From Camelus dromedarius (lineage: Eukaryota), in NCBI RefSeq assembly GCF_036321535.1, contig NC_087437.1, positions 54,066,001 to 54,130,000 of the forward strand: a DNA stretch of 64,000 bases. The letters run 5' to 3'. Positions 51,901-64,000 of the stretch are shown in pieces (within the stretch, counting starts at the first letter, position 1; each line of letters opens with the position of its first letter). Below the pieces are notes generated by a model. It worked only from the letters and a program-made list of their open reading frames with translations. It was not told the origin of the DNA and did no database searches. Made by a program: the position numbers and the translations under genes.

Positions 51901-52066
51901 GGGTGGCTGGAACGTGACTGAGGCCATGATGCCACGCCTGGTGGCTGGAGTTGAGGAGGCCCTCCAAATCTCACTTCCTTCACCTCAAACCGCAGGAGCA
52001 CATGCAAGGATGAGGTGAGGGTGGCCACTGCCAAGAGCATCTCACCACTCCCCCTACAAACAGTCC

Positions 52067-52534
52067 TGTCACGGGCTGAACTGTGTTCCTCCTCCAAATT
52101 CTTCCATTGAAATCCTAACCCCAGCACCTCAGAATGTGACCTGACTTGGAAATAGGGTTATGGCAGATGTAATTAGTTAAGATGAGATCATTAGGGTGGA
52201 TGGACCCTGCTCCCATATGATTGCTATCTATAGACAAAAGGGGAAATTTGGACACAGAGACACACACAGAGGGAGAACACCAGGTGAGGACGAAGATGGA
52301 GGTCAAGGGGATGCTTCCAAAAGCAAAGGCATGCCAAGGAGGGCCAGCCGACTGCCGGCAGCTAGAGGACAACCCTAAGAGCAGATCCTTCCTCCCAGCT
52401 CCCAGAAGGAACCCACCCTGCCAGCACCTGGATCTCAGAGTCCTAGCCTCCAGGACTGGGAGACAACGCATTTCTGTTGTCTGAGCCACTCAGCTTGCAG
52501 TGCGCTGCTAAGGCAGCCCTTGCAAACTAAACCA
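52067..52534 (+). mobile_element. MLT1 (B/C-like) MaLR solo LTR
   Basis: tgtcacgggctgaactgtgttcc...cctaaccccagcacctcagaatgtgacc...ggaaatagggt...cctagcctccaggactgggaga...gcagcccttgcaaactaa. Confidence 0.85.
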
Positions 52535-55500
52535 CCTCCAGAGATGGCTCCTATTGGGGACATCAAGGAGGACAGCTCTTTCCAGACAGAGGGAGGCACT
52601 ACAGTCCCACAGAAAGGAGGCAGATGCTTAAAAGTCCTGAGAGTACTTCCACCCAGCCACCCACCCAGCTGGCCAGCCACCCTGTGCTGCCCTGAAGCAG
52701 CTGTTTGCCATTCTGAGCATCCTTTTCCTCAAAGCCCCTGAACTATCCAGAGCATCATTCATTAGCCACAAGGGTCTGTCTCTGTGTCTCTTTGTGATTT
52801 TACTTCTATATATGTCCATGTTTTATCTTCCCAACGTGACTGCACACTCCCCGAAGGCTGGGACCATGTTACAAACCACCTGGGAGTCAGGAGACCTCTT
52901 TGATAAAAATTCTCGATACGACCTTAGGCTTGTGTCCTTTCCCCTTGGGGCCTGGTTTCTTCACCTGCAGACTAAGATCAGAATCACTAAGGCCCCTTCA
53001 GTCATGATAGTCTGTGACTCAGACTCTAAGCACGCTTGTTTCAAGTGCACATGAGAGGGAGAGACCAGGAAGCTCATCTCTCAGATGTGCCGAGCAGCCA
53101 GTCACTTGAGGTTAAATGAGTCAGACTCGTTTAATAAGAAGGAAAGACCCCAAGGACTTAGAAGTAACACAGTCCTTCAGGGGCTCTGAGCCCCTCTGGG
53201 TGCCCTTCCTAGACTCCACAGCCCTCCTGCGTCAGTGTCTGCCTTTTTAGAAGGCCACCTCCTTAGTGATGCTGACGCTCTTTCCTCCTTCAGTGAAGGT
53301 GTGTGGCCCTATGTTGCATACACTCACCCAGGGCTGGGCTCCTGTCCCTGCCTTGGCAGCTAGGAGGAGCACTGTCTTTCCAAGCGGTTACAGTACACTG
53401 GGTAAACTACTCTTTGTGTTTGACCTCAGATGGATCGCAGCATGCCTCAGCCTCCACTACTGAGAACACTGAACCCAATCTAAGAGTATTTAAGAGTCTT
53501 CCTGTTGGTAGACACCTCAAAACTGGGCGCCTGGGTAAATTGTGCCCTCTGGTTCCAGGAAACAGGGACTCACACAGACCAGACCACGTGTGGTGGGTGA
53601 TGTCCGAGGGGAGGCAGAGACGTGACTGAAGCGGTTGTCAGTGGGATGGAATGGTCTAGAGATCGGAGACCAGAATCCCCCAACCCATGGCAGGCTGCGT
53701 AGAACATTGTGCTGGAAGGTGCTTTGAAAATCATAAGATGTCATCACCGCCGTTTAATAAAACTATTACTATGAGTGATGCAGAGAGAGGAATGGGAACC
53801 CAGATTCCAAAGGGAATAGCTCATTTTTCCCCCCAAAAAGGAAATGATTGAAGTTCTAGCAACAACCAGTTGTGTGAACTCAGATTAGTTGACCACTTCT
53901 GAGCTGTGTGACCTTGGACAAGTCCTTCCTCAGTTTTCTCATTTCTAAAATGGGAACATTTGTGTCTGTTCTTCCTTCCCTCAGGGTGGGGTCAGGGGCA
54001 GGAAACGGCCCTCCACTCTCTGTCCCAGAGCACTGAGTGACAGTAGCCAAGTTCCTTCCCGTCTCCTGCCTCAGTCCTTTCATGGGTCGAGGGCAGACAT
54101 GAACTAGGTGATCCTTACCACCCTCCATCCCTTCCAGCTCCTGAGTTAGTTCTAATCAACCCACCTCTCTGGGTCCATCCTCCAGCCACTACTCTGGTCC
54201 TTAAAAATCTTTCCCCTAAAAATCTCACAACATAGAGAAGAACATCACACACCCTGTTTTTTAAGTTATGCGTTTTCTAAAAGTAGCGTTCGTGTCACGC
54301 TTTTACAATAAAAACTCTACATTCCCTTTGCCTTAGCTTATCTGTTTAGAGACGTTTGCCTTACTTATCATTGATCGCCATTGGCTGCAGTTACTCTTTG
54401 ATCTTCCCTTTCATTTGAACTCGAATGCCACCCTCACTGTCTGTCTCAGCCCCCCTCGTCCCTCTGTTAGACAGTGATGACATGTAAGCACAGTCCGAGG
54501 CCCTTGGGAAGCAAAGCGGCCTGCGCAGGCCTCCCTTGGGCCTGTGAATCGTCATTCCTGAAGCTGCCTGTTTTGTAAGCTCTTCGGCCAAGTTTCTATG
54601 GGAGCCCAGGGATCATTTTCTCCCTTTTCAAAGAGCAAGGTGAGCTGAGGCTTGGAGCTGGGAGGTTCTTTAAAGTAATTTTCAGAGGAAACCTGAGCCG
54701 GAAGGCCGTGTGGCTGGCAGAGGGTGGTGTCACTTTGTGAGGCTGTCTCTGGGGCTGGGTGGTCAGCTACTGCTGGCTTCCCCGCACGTGCTCCAAGCCT
54801 GCTGCGGGGGCACTGCCAAGTGACACCACTGTCCAGCCAGTGGCCCGAGGGCCCGGGAAAGGTTCTGCTTCATGTCCCCGCCCCTCTGCCACCCAGGAAC
54901 GGGAAGAGGTGGGTGGGGACTTTCTCCCCTGGGCCAAGGGCCAGGACCAAGCTTGTACTCTCTTCTCTTAGTCCCTGTCAACCAAACTTGGTCCCTCAGG
55001 TTTTTCTAGGTAAAATAAAACTGGGTGCCAAAGCCACAGAGTGAACTTAAGTCTGATTCATGGAATCATAAATGGTCTAGTTAATCCAACCCCTCAGGGA
55101 CAGGGTGGGAGGGGGACCCAGAAGGGAAATGCTGCCCTAAGTCACACAGGAGAAGATGGCTGATTGCACCACTGAGTTCTGGGGACAAAGAACACTTCTG
55201 CTAGGATGGAGGCTGGCTTGGCTAGTAGCAATTCAGAAAGCTTCTGAGTCTGTAGACGTCTGTCCATCACCCAGCAGAGAGCAGTCTCTGAATCACCAAG
55301 GCTGAGAGATGCATGAACCAGAGCAGACACCTTCACACTGGATACCGGCAGAGAGAAATTATTTATGAAACCAGGAGACAAGATGAGCCTTCCTGCTTCA
55401 CAGAATGGGCAAATTCTCCAAGGCCTAAAGGAGGTGAGGACTCATATACTGGTGTCAGAAGGGCTAAAACTGAGGTCTTTCATTTAAAGCTCAGCCTAGA

Positions 55501-55794
55501 GCTCTGAGTGAAAACACAGAAAGAGGAGGGAACTAGCCAGAAACAGAGGTGAGAGGTCCATCCAAAAGCCCTTGCCCGAGCCCCTCCTGACCAGAATCCG
55601 GAGTCTGTGGTCCATCCTGGTGCCAGGAGCCAAAGGTGGGTCCCTGCCCAGCTACCAGGAGCAAACCCCAGCCAAGAGACCCCCGAGCCATCAGCTGCTG
55701 CACTCCACGAGCACCTCCCATCAGGGGAAAAGCTGGGGAAACAGACCCTTTCAAGTCCCGATTCCGGCACAAGGAAAGACCCCCGGAACAAGCT

Positions 55795-56856
55795 GACTTG
55801 ACTTTTCAACATTTTATTCTTGTATTTGTACAGCTATATTTTACAACGCGGTAATGCAGTTTAGACACAGCCAAACCCTGTCTCCGGAGTAGTTATAACA
55901 CAAGCATGACGCAGAATGTGATGAGACAAACATTCCCAAAGAGAGCTCAGTTAGTGACAACTCCAAGTCCCTGTGTCTGCCTACACTTCAAAAAGGGATG
56001 GCGCGTTCGTCCCCAGTTGAAAACTTCCATGGAAAAAGGCACCGTAGGACACGTTGTACAGGTATATACAAACCGAAAACTAGAACAAAACTACACATTT
56101 TTCCTTCCGCAGCTTTTTTTGTTCTTTTTTTTTTAATACACACTTTGTAAATTGTAAACCTTCACTTGCAAAAAAATACAAATACACTGAGGCATTTTAG
56201 ACAAAATATTTTCTTACTTATACAGATGCAATACTTAAAATATTCTCTTAAGTGCTCTTTCTCAATAAAGATTCTCAGATCCGTGTCTGCCTGCAGATAC
56301 AAAATCGAGCCTTTAACGCAGTTTTATATTTTTAATATATCTTTTTTAGGTTTATATATATTTATTTTATATATATATATATTTATATATTTACACTCTG
56401 CCATATATTCCTTCACCTTTGGTTAAAAAAATTAAAGCCCTCTCTTTGATAACATACCGAAGTCTCTTCTTTTAAAAGAATGCACATTTACATACAAAAG
56501 AAACATGTGATCCCACAAAACATATACATTCCTCATTTTGCAGACTAAGTTAAGTCATGACTTTTGCATACTCCCCCGCTTTGATATATAAAATGATTTC
56601 GCTTTTTGCTGACATGGTGCGCCTTACACATAGGAGAAGAAGCAATATTATTTTCTTAATGTTTTACGGCAGCGGGGGAAGGGGAGCTGCCTGGGCTCCC
56701 TGGCCCCCCGGCCCCCTCCCCCCACCCCCACCCCCAGCTATGATTTGCACTAGTGGATGAAAGAGGCACTATATCATGGGATGAACATGGTAAAGTGTTA
56801 CAGTATCCTTTGGGTAGATTCTGAGAAGGGGCTCGAAAGCATCAACACTCCGTGCT
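55795..56856 (-). other. BCL6: BCL6 3' UTR (about 1.06 kb)
   Basis: Lies between the TGA (56859-56857) and the AATAAA at 55818-55813. AU-rich with several miRNA seed matches. Confidence 0.85.
55813..55818 (-). terminator. BCL6: BCL6 polyadenylation signal AATAAA
   Basis: Sense strand TGTACAAATACAAGAATAAAATGTTGAAAAGTCAA with upstream UGUA motifs. Confidence 0.85.
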
Positions 56857-57000
56857 TCAGCAGGCTTTGGGGAGCTCCGGGGGCAGGTCAGTGGCGGACA
56901 CGCGGTACTGCACCTTGGTGTTGGTGATGGCCCCATGCTTCTGGCGCAAGTGAAGACGCAGCTGGCTTTTGTGACGGAAATGCAGGTTGCACTTTTCGCA
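56857..57000 (-). CDS. BCL6: BCL6 last coding exon (exon 10; ZF6 and C-terminus)
   Basis: CEKCNLHFRHKSQLRLHLRQKHGAITNTKVQYRVSATDLPPELPKAC*. Acceptor cttcag|TGC. 144 nt. Confidence 0.98.
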   Translation of the reverse strand, partial: CEKCNLHFRHKSQLRLHLRQKHGAITNTKVQYRVSATDLPPELPKAC

Positions 57001-57739
57001 CTGAAGGAGAACCAGAGGCACACCGTTAGTCATCAACCCAGGAAACGGACACGACTCAAGGACCTTGAGAAGGAGCATCTCCCTTCGAGGAAGGGGGCAG
57101 CTCTTCCTTCTGGAAGGCCAGGTTGAGAACCCACATGAGTCCTGGCTTCTGCTAAGCGACAAGTAAGCTTTCTGCAAATGTCCTTTCCCTGCTTTCCAAA
57201 GTGTTGCTCATGCGCTTTCCCTTGCTTGAGATGCATTTCCCTGCTTTAGCTCCACAAGTTCAAGTCTTACCCCAAAACGCAGTTCATATGCACACTCCCC
57301 TAATTATTAAGGCTTTTCTGCATCTCCCTAGGATGAAGACAATCCCTTTTTCCTTTGACCTCTGTAAGATTTCTGGCCTTGCCGGGTAATGCCAGAGAGC
57401 CTTGCCGTCTCATGAATTAGCATCCTTCTTAGGTGGGGAATGCTTTGATGGTGGTAACTACTTCTTACTAAACTTATAATCTTCCCAGAATATAGAAAAT
57501 ACCTCTTAGGCAATTATGCAATAAATCTGAAAATATCTGGACAAATGGATTAGAGCGGTCTGAATTTATGAAAATTCTCGAGTTTAGGACATGCTTTAAA
57601 ATATGCATTTACATTCCTTTAACTTAGATAAGGTAACAAAGTATCAGCAAGTAGAGCTGTTTCTTCCTTTGATTCAATGCATGGATGACAATTTCAGTGG
57701 AAAAGTTACTTAAAAGTGAAATGGATGACTATACATCAC

Positions 57740-57980
57740 GGGGTAACCTGAAGGCAAGCCTGGAACAGAAAAACGCCATTTTAGGTAAAAACTAAGAAAA
57801 TCCAAATAAAGTATGGACTTTAGTTAATAATCATGTACCCTTATGGGTTCATTAGTTGTGCTGAATGTGCCCTACTGGTAGATGTTAGCAACAGGGGACG
57901 TGCATATGGGAACGCTCTGTATTCTCTCTGAAACGTCTCTGTACATCTAAAACTGCTCTCTAGCAAAAGTGTAACAAAAT
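57740..57980 (+). mobile_element. Ancient L1 (L1MC/MD-like) 3' fragment in BCL6 intron 9
   Basis: cctggaacagaaaaa...ggtaaaaactaagaaaatccaaataaagtatggactttagttaataat...gggttcattagttgtg...ctctgtacatctaaaact. Confidence 0.65.
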
Positions 57981-58848
57981 AAGTTCATATAGAGAATATG
58001 CTTTCATATAAAAATGGAAATAAATTTAGGAAAATAAAAAAGTAAAATGACAGGACAGTGACTAGAAGGAGCCCTGGTCTTGGGAGACATGCCCCCCTCC
58101 TTCATCTATCCCCCCCGCTGCTGTGTGTCCATTCTGAGCAGGGCATTTCCCTCTGAGCCCTGGCTTCCCCTTCTGTCAGGGACTCTGTCAACATTCTCCG
58201 GAGGTCGCTCCTCATTCTTACATATTGCTCATCTAAAAGTCTAACAAATCATTATAAACCAAATGTGAACTGGACTCTTGTGATGTCCAAGCACTGTTCA
58301 GAACACTTTAGGGAATCCATTAACTTAATACAACTCTAGGAGGTAGGTGCTATTATCAGGCTCATTTTACAGAGGAGGAACTAAGGTCCTGAGAAGATAA
58401 TCGATTTGCCCAAGAACAAACAGCAAGTAAGAAGATACTCATTCAAAGACTGATAAACAAGTGAATAAAAATAACCACCTTTTCAGGTTAACACTTGTGA
58501 TGTGGGTTATATGTGTGCTCCTCGCTACCCAAAGTGGTGCCATAAACTCATCAAAGTCAGCATTGCCTGTGACAGTAGTTTCCACACTTGTAAGCCACGG
58601 ACTCTTTTTTCAATTAAATGGAAACTGGAAAGGGAAAGAGGCTTCCAGTCCTGCCCTGCGGGGCTGCAGAACCCAAATGATGCTCAGTTTGAAAACTGTT
58701 CATCCACAGCATCCTCACGGTTTCACAGAGAGAGACCACTGTGGCCCAGTGAGAAGGTCAGGGTTTGCCCACGGCCCTAAAAAGGGTCAAAGTCAGAATA
58801 AGAACGCAGATACCCCAGCTGCCTGGCCAGTATTTTTCCCCTCGACAG

Positions 58849-59161
58849 CAGAGATCGGCAAAGTGTTTCTGCAAAGAGCCAGACAACAGATGTTTTACGC
58901 TTTGTGGGCCTGACGCTCTCGGACACGCTGCTCAGCTCTGCGCTGTAGCCTGGAAGCGGCCGGAGACAATACGTAAACAAGTGAGAGGCTGCGTGCCAAC
59001 AAGACCTTATTTATGGACGTTGAAATTTAAATTTTACATAATTTGCATGTCATAGGATAGTGTTCTTTTGATTTTTTTTAGCCATTTAAAAATATCAAAA
59101 CCATTCTTGGCTCACAGAATTTCAAAAATTAGCCCACAGGCCATAGTTGGCTGAGACCCTG
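58849..59161. mobile_element. MER58 (B-like) hAT-Charlie DNA transposon in BCL6 intron 9
   Basis: cagagatcggcaaa...aaagagccagac...tttgtgggcc...ctcagctctg...ttatttatggac...caggccatagttggctgagaccctg. Confidence 0.75.
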
Positions 59162-59592
59162 CCATAAAACCCTATGATTCCAACGGCCACATCCCGGCCT
59201 CTTGCTGCTGGCTGCCTGCCTCTTGAAATGGCCTTTTCTCTATTTTGATTTTTTTTTTCTCCCCCTTTTATCACCACATTCCTCTGGATCCCCCCCCCCC
59301 CCTTTTCTATGACTGCTGCTTCCCAAATACCTGAGCTCCTCTTAGGTAAACAGACATCCAGCCCAGTTTAGGGGCATGTTGTAAACACTCAATAAATAAG
59401 TTTGTGGAATGAATGAATGATTCCACTATCTATGTATCTATAGTCCAGACCTCTTTCCTAAGGCCCAGACCATCTACTCTATTATCCCCACTTTAAAGAC
59501 ATACAAATTGAGACTCAGTTCAAGGTCAAGCCGGATGTCTTTGAAAATCAGGCCCAAATCCAGGCCTTATGAACACTAGAGTTCAGGGGTCA

Positions 59593-60305
<713 letters not shown>

Positions 60306-61044
60306 TCAGGACCCGGGCTTGTCGTTAGGGGTGCCCAACTGTGGGACTTGGACAAGCCACTCTCCTTCTCTGGGCCTCAGTTTCCCTCTCTGGGGGCTGA
60401 GGGGTGAATTCAGATGACCTGGGGAGGCTCTTCCAGCTCTCGCCTTGGGTGAGACTGATTCGGCCGTCACCCCACTCCCCAGAGAGATATAATCAGGCTG
60501 CTCTAGTTTCTTCTAGAACAAACATGCTTTTCCACTTGTGGCAACTACAGCTAGATTCCATTTGCAAGAGAGGTGGGGCCTGAGCTGGAGCAGATTCCCA
60601 GACAGAGGAAACCAACAGAAGGACTGAGCCTTCCTTCATGGAAAATTTCTGGGATAATGGATCCATTTAAAATACCAAGAGTCAACTTTGGACAGCAATT
60701 AGGTTACTGGAAGCTACCTGGTAAAGGAATGCGAGTCGATAAGGAACGAGCCCTCAGAGGGGATCAACAGGCCTTTAGTGTTTTTCTGGCTTTATAAAAG
60801 CCGACTTTGCCTCTCTCAGCCTAGGTTTCTTCCCCTGTCCAGCGGGATTAATACTTCTAGCCCCAGCAAAGGTGAAGCAGGACAGAGCATCTCAGAGGAC
60901 AGACAAAGAATACAGGGTGTGGACAAGTCACTAAGGAAAGACATGACTGGGCTGGGCCCGTGCTCAGGCCAGGACAGCATCTGCTCCCTGCGGCCGGGCA
61001 CCAAGTCCCACACTGCTTTCTCCAAAATCCTCTCCCCATCCTGC

Positions 61045-61126
61045 CCCTGGGCCCTGGATTTCAAAGCTAACTGCCCTTCCTGGGGCCACCTTGGCTCTCT
61101 TTCCCTTCCACAATGTCAGAGAGAGG
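61045..61126 (+). repeat. Direct repeat copy B in BCL6 intron 7 (partner at 60129-60210)
   Basis: ccctgggccctggatttcaaagc...ctgcccttc...ggggccac...tggctctctttccctt...gtcagagagagg. Confidence 0.9.
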
Positions 61127-61164
61127 CGGGACAGGTGCCTCAGGTGGGTGGGACAGGGCCATAC

Positions 61165-61332
61165 CCGTGTGGACGGTCTTGTGGCTGGCGAGGTTGCCCT
61201 TGTAGCGGAAGGAGGCCTGGCAGCGGTCACACTTGTAGGGTTTGTCACTGTGGGTCTGCAGCGTGTGCCTCTTGAGTGAGGCCTCCTCAGAGAAGCGGCA
61301 GTCACACTCATTGCAGAAGAAGGCCCCGTTCT
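61165..61332 (-). CDS. BCL6: BCL6 exon 7 (ZF1-ZF2)
   Basis: (E)NGAFFCNECDCRFSEEASLKRHTLQTHSDKPYKCDRCQASFRYKGNLASHKTVHT(G). ccacag|AG ... G|gtatgg. 168 nt, symmetric phase 1-1. Confidence 0.98.
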
Positions 61333-62735
61333 CTGTGGGGGGTGGGAGGGGACACCAGTGTCAGCACGAGGAAGGGAGGTAAGGGCCCCAAGGCCCCTCC
61401 CCTCTGCAGCCACCCCCAGTGGCAGACTGAGCCCCCAGCACCCTGCCCACCCTACGTTCACAGGGGCCCAGAGCAAAGGGCCTGTGGGGACTCTTTTTCT
61501 GAGCATATAGAGTCTCCGTCATGGAGGAGAAAGGACACAGATTGGAATATTAAGGCGCAGGAGGGAAACTCAAACCCACAGGAACCCACAGGGTCTGCAC
61601 CAGCTTGAGGAAGACTCAGCACGGCACTTCCTTCTCTCCAGAGCTCTGAGAACTCACTTTCCTTATCAGTTCATAGTTTTATTTATATTCATACACAGAA
61701 GCCTTCGGGTAAGACAGTTTCTGTCTGTGTCTCTATCTCCAAAATCAGGATCATAAAGCCCTGCCCCACCTACCTCATAGGAGCATATTGTACAACATAA
61801 AGCATCGTAGGAATGTAAGATATGAATCAAAGTCAACGATACTCTGAGGTCACTGAAGGAGGCATTAACGATGACCATGGTCACCCTTGCACCTATCTGG
61901 ACTTTTGTGTCTTCCAAACACTTCTGAGATAGGGAGACCAAAGATGCTGGTGGAAGTAGAAACAGAGGCCCAGAGAGAAGGAACTGGAGTGCAGAGCAAA
62001 GGCAAATGGCCAAGGGGACGGGAGGGGACAGTCCCTGCTCACCCAACTATCAGTCCAAGAACCTGTGCCAAACCTCTCAATGTAAGTAATTGATTTTCTT
62101 CTTTTGTTTTAACAATTTAAAAATGATACATCATGGTGGTTGACCCCTAAATAGGTATTACTGGGTTATGCTACCATAGCCAGAGCTGGGGGAAGAGGGG
62201 AAACTGGGGGTGCCAGTCACCAACTTCTCAGAAACTTCAACTCAATAATTCAGTTCAACTCATTGAGTTCAGCCAACATTAACTGAGTACCTACTCCATG
62301 CTAGGCTCGCTAGGCCCTACCAGAGGCACGGGGATGAATAAGGCCAGACACTTCTCCTTCCAGAATGTACAGCCTAGCAGAGTGAACTAACAGGCATGCT
62401 GATCAGCACCAGAAGTTAGAGTCCAGAGGGACCAAGGAGGCTCTGGGAGCTGGTTATAGCCAGCTCCACAGCTACCATTGTTAGAAGGAAGCTGGAAAGG
62501 CAGTGTGGTCGTTCTCTATTCCCCCAGATTAACTGGAATGCCCTGTTCCTTGCTTTGGTCAGCCTAGTTCCCCACGAGGTCAAGAGTGGGGAGATCGGCT
62601 GGTGATTTTAGATGCCAACGGACTTCCAATGGGGGCTTTTCCCAACAACATACATAAAAGGGAAACACAAGCCCTGTGGAGCAGAGGCAGCGGCCTTCTT
62701 CCCCCTGGCCAGGGGAGGGAGGGAAAGGGACTCAC

Positions 62736-62920
62736 CACAGCTGGAATCCGAGTACTCGGACTGGGTCTCCCCCAGCTCCTCGGGGAACGTGGGGCCGGCA
62801 GCATGGAGGCACATCTCCGTGTGCTGTGGGGACTGCGAGCCGCAGGACGTGCACTTGGGCGGGTGCAGGTAGAGCGGGGAGTGGCTCTCGCTGCTGCTGC
62901 GGGGGGAGCCCGTCAGGGAC
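62736..62920 (-). CDS. BCL6: BCL6 exon 6
   Basis: (R)SLTGSPRSSSESHSPLYLHPPKCTSCGSQSPQHTEMCLHAAGPTFPEELGETQSEYSDSSC. ccacag|G ... G|gtgag. 185 nt. Confidence 0.97.
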
Positions 62921-63126
62921 CTGTGGGCAGGAGGAAAGAGCCTCAGCAGCTGGACGGGGTGATGCGCTCCGCCTGGCCTCAATGCCATCCCTTCTCCCTG
63001 TGCTCAGGGAAGCCCAGAGGCTTCCTTGGGATTTGGAGCCATGGAGATATTCATCCTCAAGCCTACCTGGAGATCACTGACGGGGGTCAAACTGAGCTGA
63101 GATCTTGCTCCTGGGCCCAGTTTCTT

Positions 63127-63248
63127 GCCTTTTTTTTTTTTTTTTTTAAATTTTTTGTTTGTTTGTTTTTAAATGGAGGTGCTGGGGCTTGAACCCAGGA
63201 CCTCGTGCATGCTAAGCACACACTCAACCACTGAGCTATACCCTCCCC
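63127..63248 (-). mobile_element. Camelid tRNA-derived SINE (Vic-1 type) in BCL6 intron 5
   Basis: Minus strand GGGGAGGGTATAGCTCAGTGGTTGAG...GGTTCAAGCCCCAGCACCTCC plus an A-rich tail. Flanking near-duplicates ggcccagtttctt (63114-63126) and ggcccggtttctt (63256-63268). Confidence 0.9.
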
Positions 63249-63576
63249 TGCCCCAGGCCCGGTTTCTTCTCCCTCAGCTCTGCAGTCCATGGCCTCCTTC
63301 AGTCCAGTGGAAGCAGGAGGACCCCCGGCCACACTGAGACTGCAGGAGCTTGGGGGTCCTTGGGATGCTCTCCTACCGCAAAGGGGAATGACCTCTTCTG
63401 CTATGAAAATACACTGACGCTTAATGTCCTTCCCTATTAGGCTAATCCAATCAATAGCCTTTCTCCCACACCTCCAACATGCTCAGCACTGCAGGCCAGA
63501 GAGGAACACAGCCCCTGCGTCCGTCAGAACCCTGCCCGGGGCACCCTGCCCCCAGCCCAACTGCCTCCGCAATCAC

Positions 63577-64000
63577 CTGCTGACGATGTTATTGAGCCGG
63601 CTGGCCTGTGGGATGGTGGAGTCCTCCGCACTGGTGCTGAGCTTGGTTGGGGACTGGAGGTCAAGGTTCTCGGGCTCCATGGGCGGCTGGCAGGCTGGAG
63701 GGGCAGCGTAGGCGCGAGGGGAAAGGCGGCCCAGCTCGGCCGGCTCGGGCCCCTCAGGCTTGGCGTTCTGATTGAGGCTGTTGAGCACGATGAACTTGTA
63801 CTTCTTCCAGTTGCAGGCTTTGGGGTCGGTGGGGCTCTTGGCGGGAGGGGAGCCTGAGGTCTGGAGGATACAGGCGTTCTTGCTGCTGCAGGACTCCGTG
63901 GGCGAGTTGGGCTGGCAGTCGGATTTCTGGGGGCTCTGAGGACTCACCAGGCCCTTCCTGTTCAGGGGTGCGCTGGGGGGCTCGAAATGCAGGGCGATCT
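63577..64000 (-). CDS. BCL6: BCL6 exon 5, 3' part (PEST/RD2 region with KKYK motif at 63795-63806); continues beyond the window
   Basis: ...LNRKGLVSPQSPQKSDCQPNSPTESCSSKNACILQ...DPKACNWKKYKFIVLNSLNQ...IPQASRLNNIVS-AG|gtgatt. Confidence 0.97.

Noticed and set aside
62602..63192. 196-aa antisense ORF across BCL6 exon 6
   Set aside because: Runs through intron and a SINE polyT tail (FFFFFF), so it is spurious.

Overview
Mammalian genomic DNA. Two tRNA-derived SINEs of the Vic-1 type indicate a camelid (camel, alpaca or llama). The window covers the conserved SST-RTP2-BCL6 block, with all three genes on the minus strand. SST is complete (2 exons, 116-aa preprosomatostatin) and has its TATA, CRE and PBX/PDX1 promoter elements. 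RTP2 is complete (2 coding exons, 223 aa). Only the 3' half of BCL6 is present: part of exon 5, exons 6-10 with all six C2H2 zinc fingers, and the 3' UTR. All splice junctions are GT-AG and in frame. The rest is intergenic or intronic DNA with L1, L2, MIR, MLT1 LTRs, hAT MER transposons and microsatellites; repeat family names and boundaries are assigned by eye and are approximate. I found no clearly new gene system. The best leads are an unexplained ~82-bp direct repeat bracketing BCL6 intron 7, an Ala-to-Thr change in somatostatin-28, an interlocked RE1/REST cluster in the SST intron, a G-quadruplex/hairpin element in the BCL6 3' UTR, candidate enhancers, a CTCF site and a twin-primed inverted L1 insertion.
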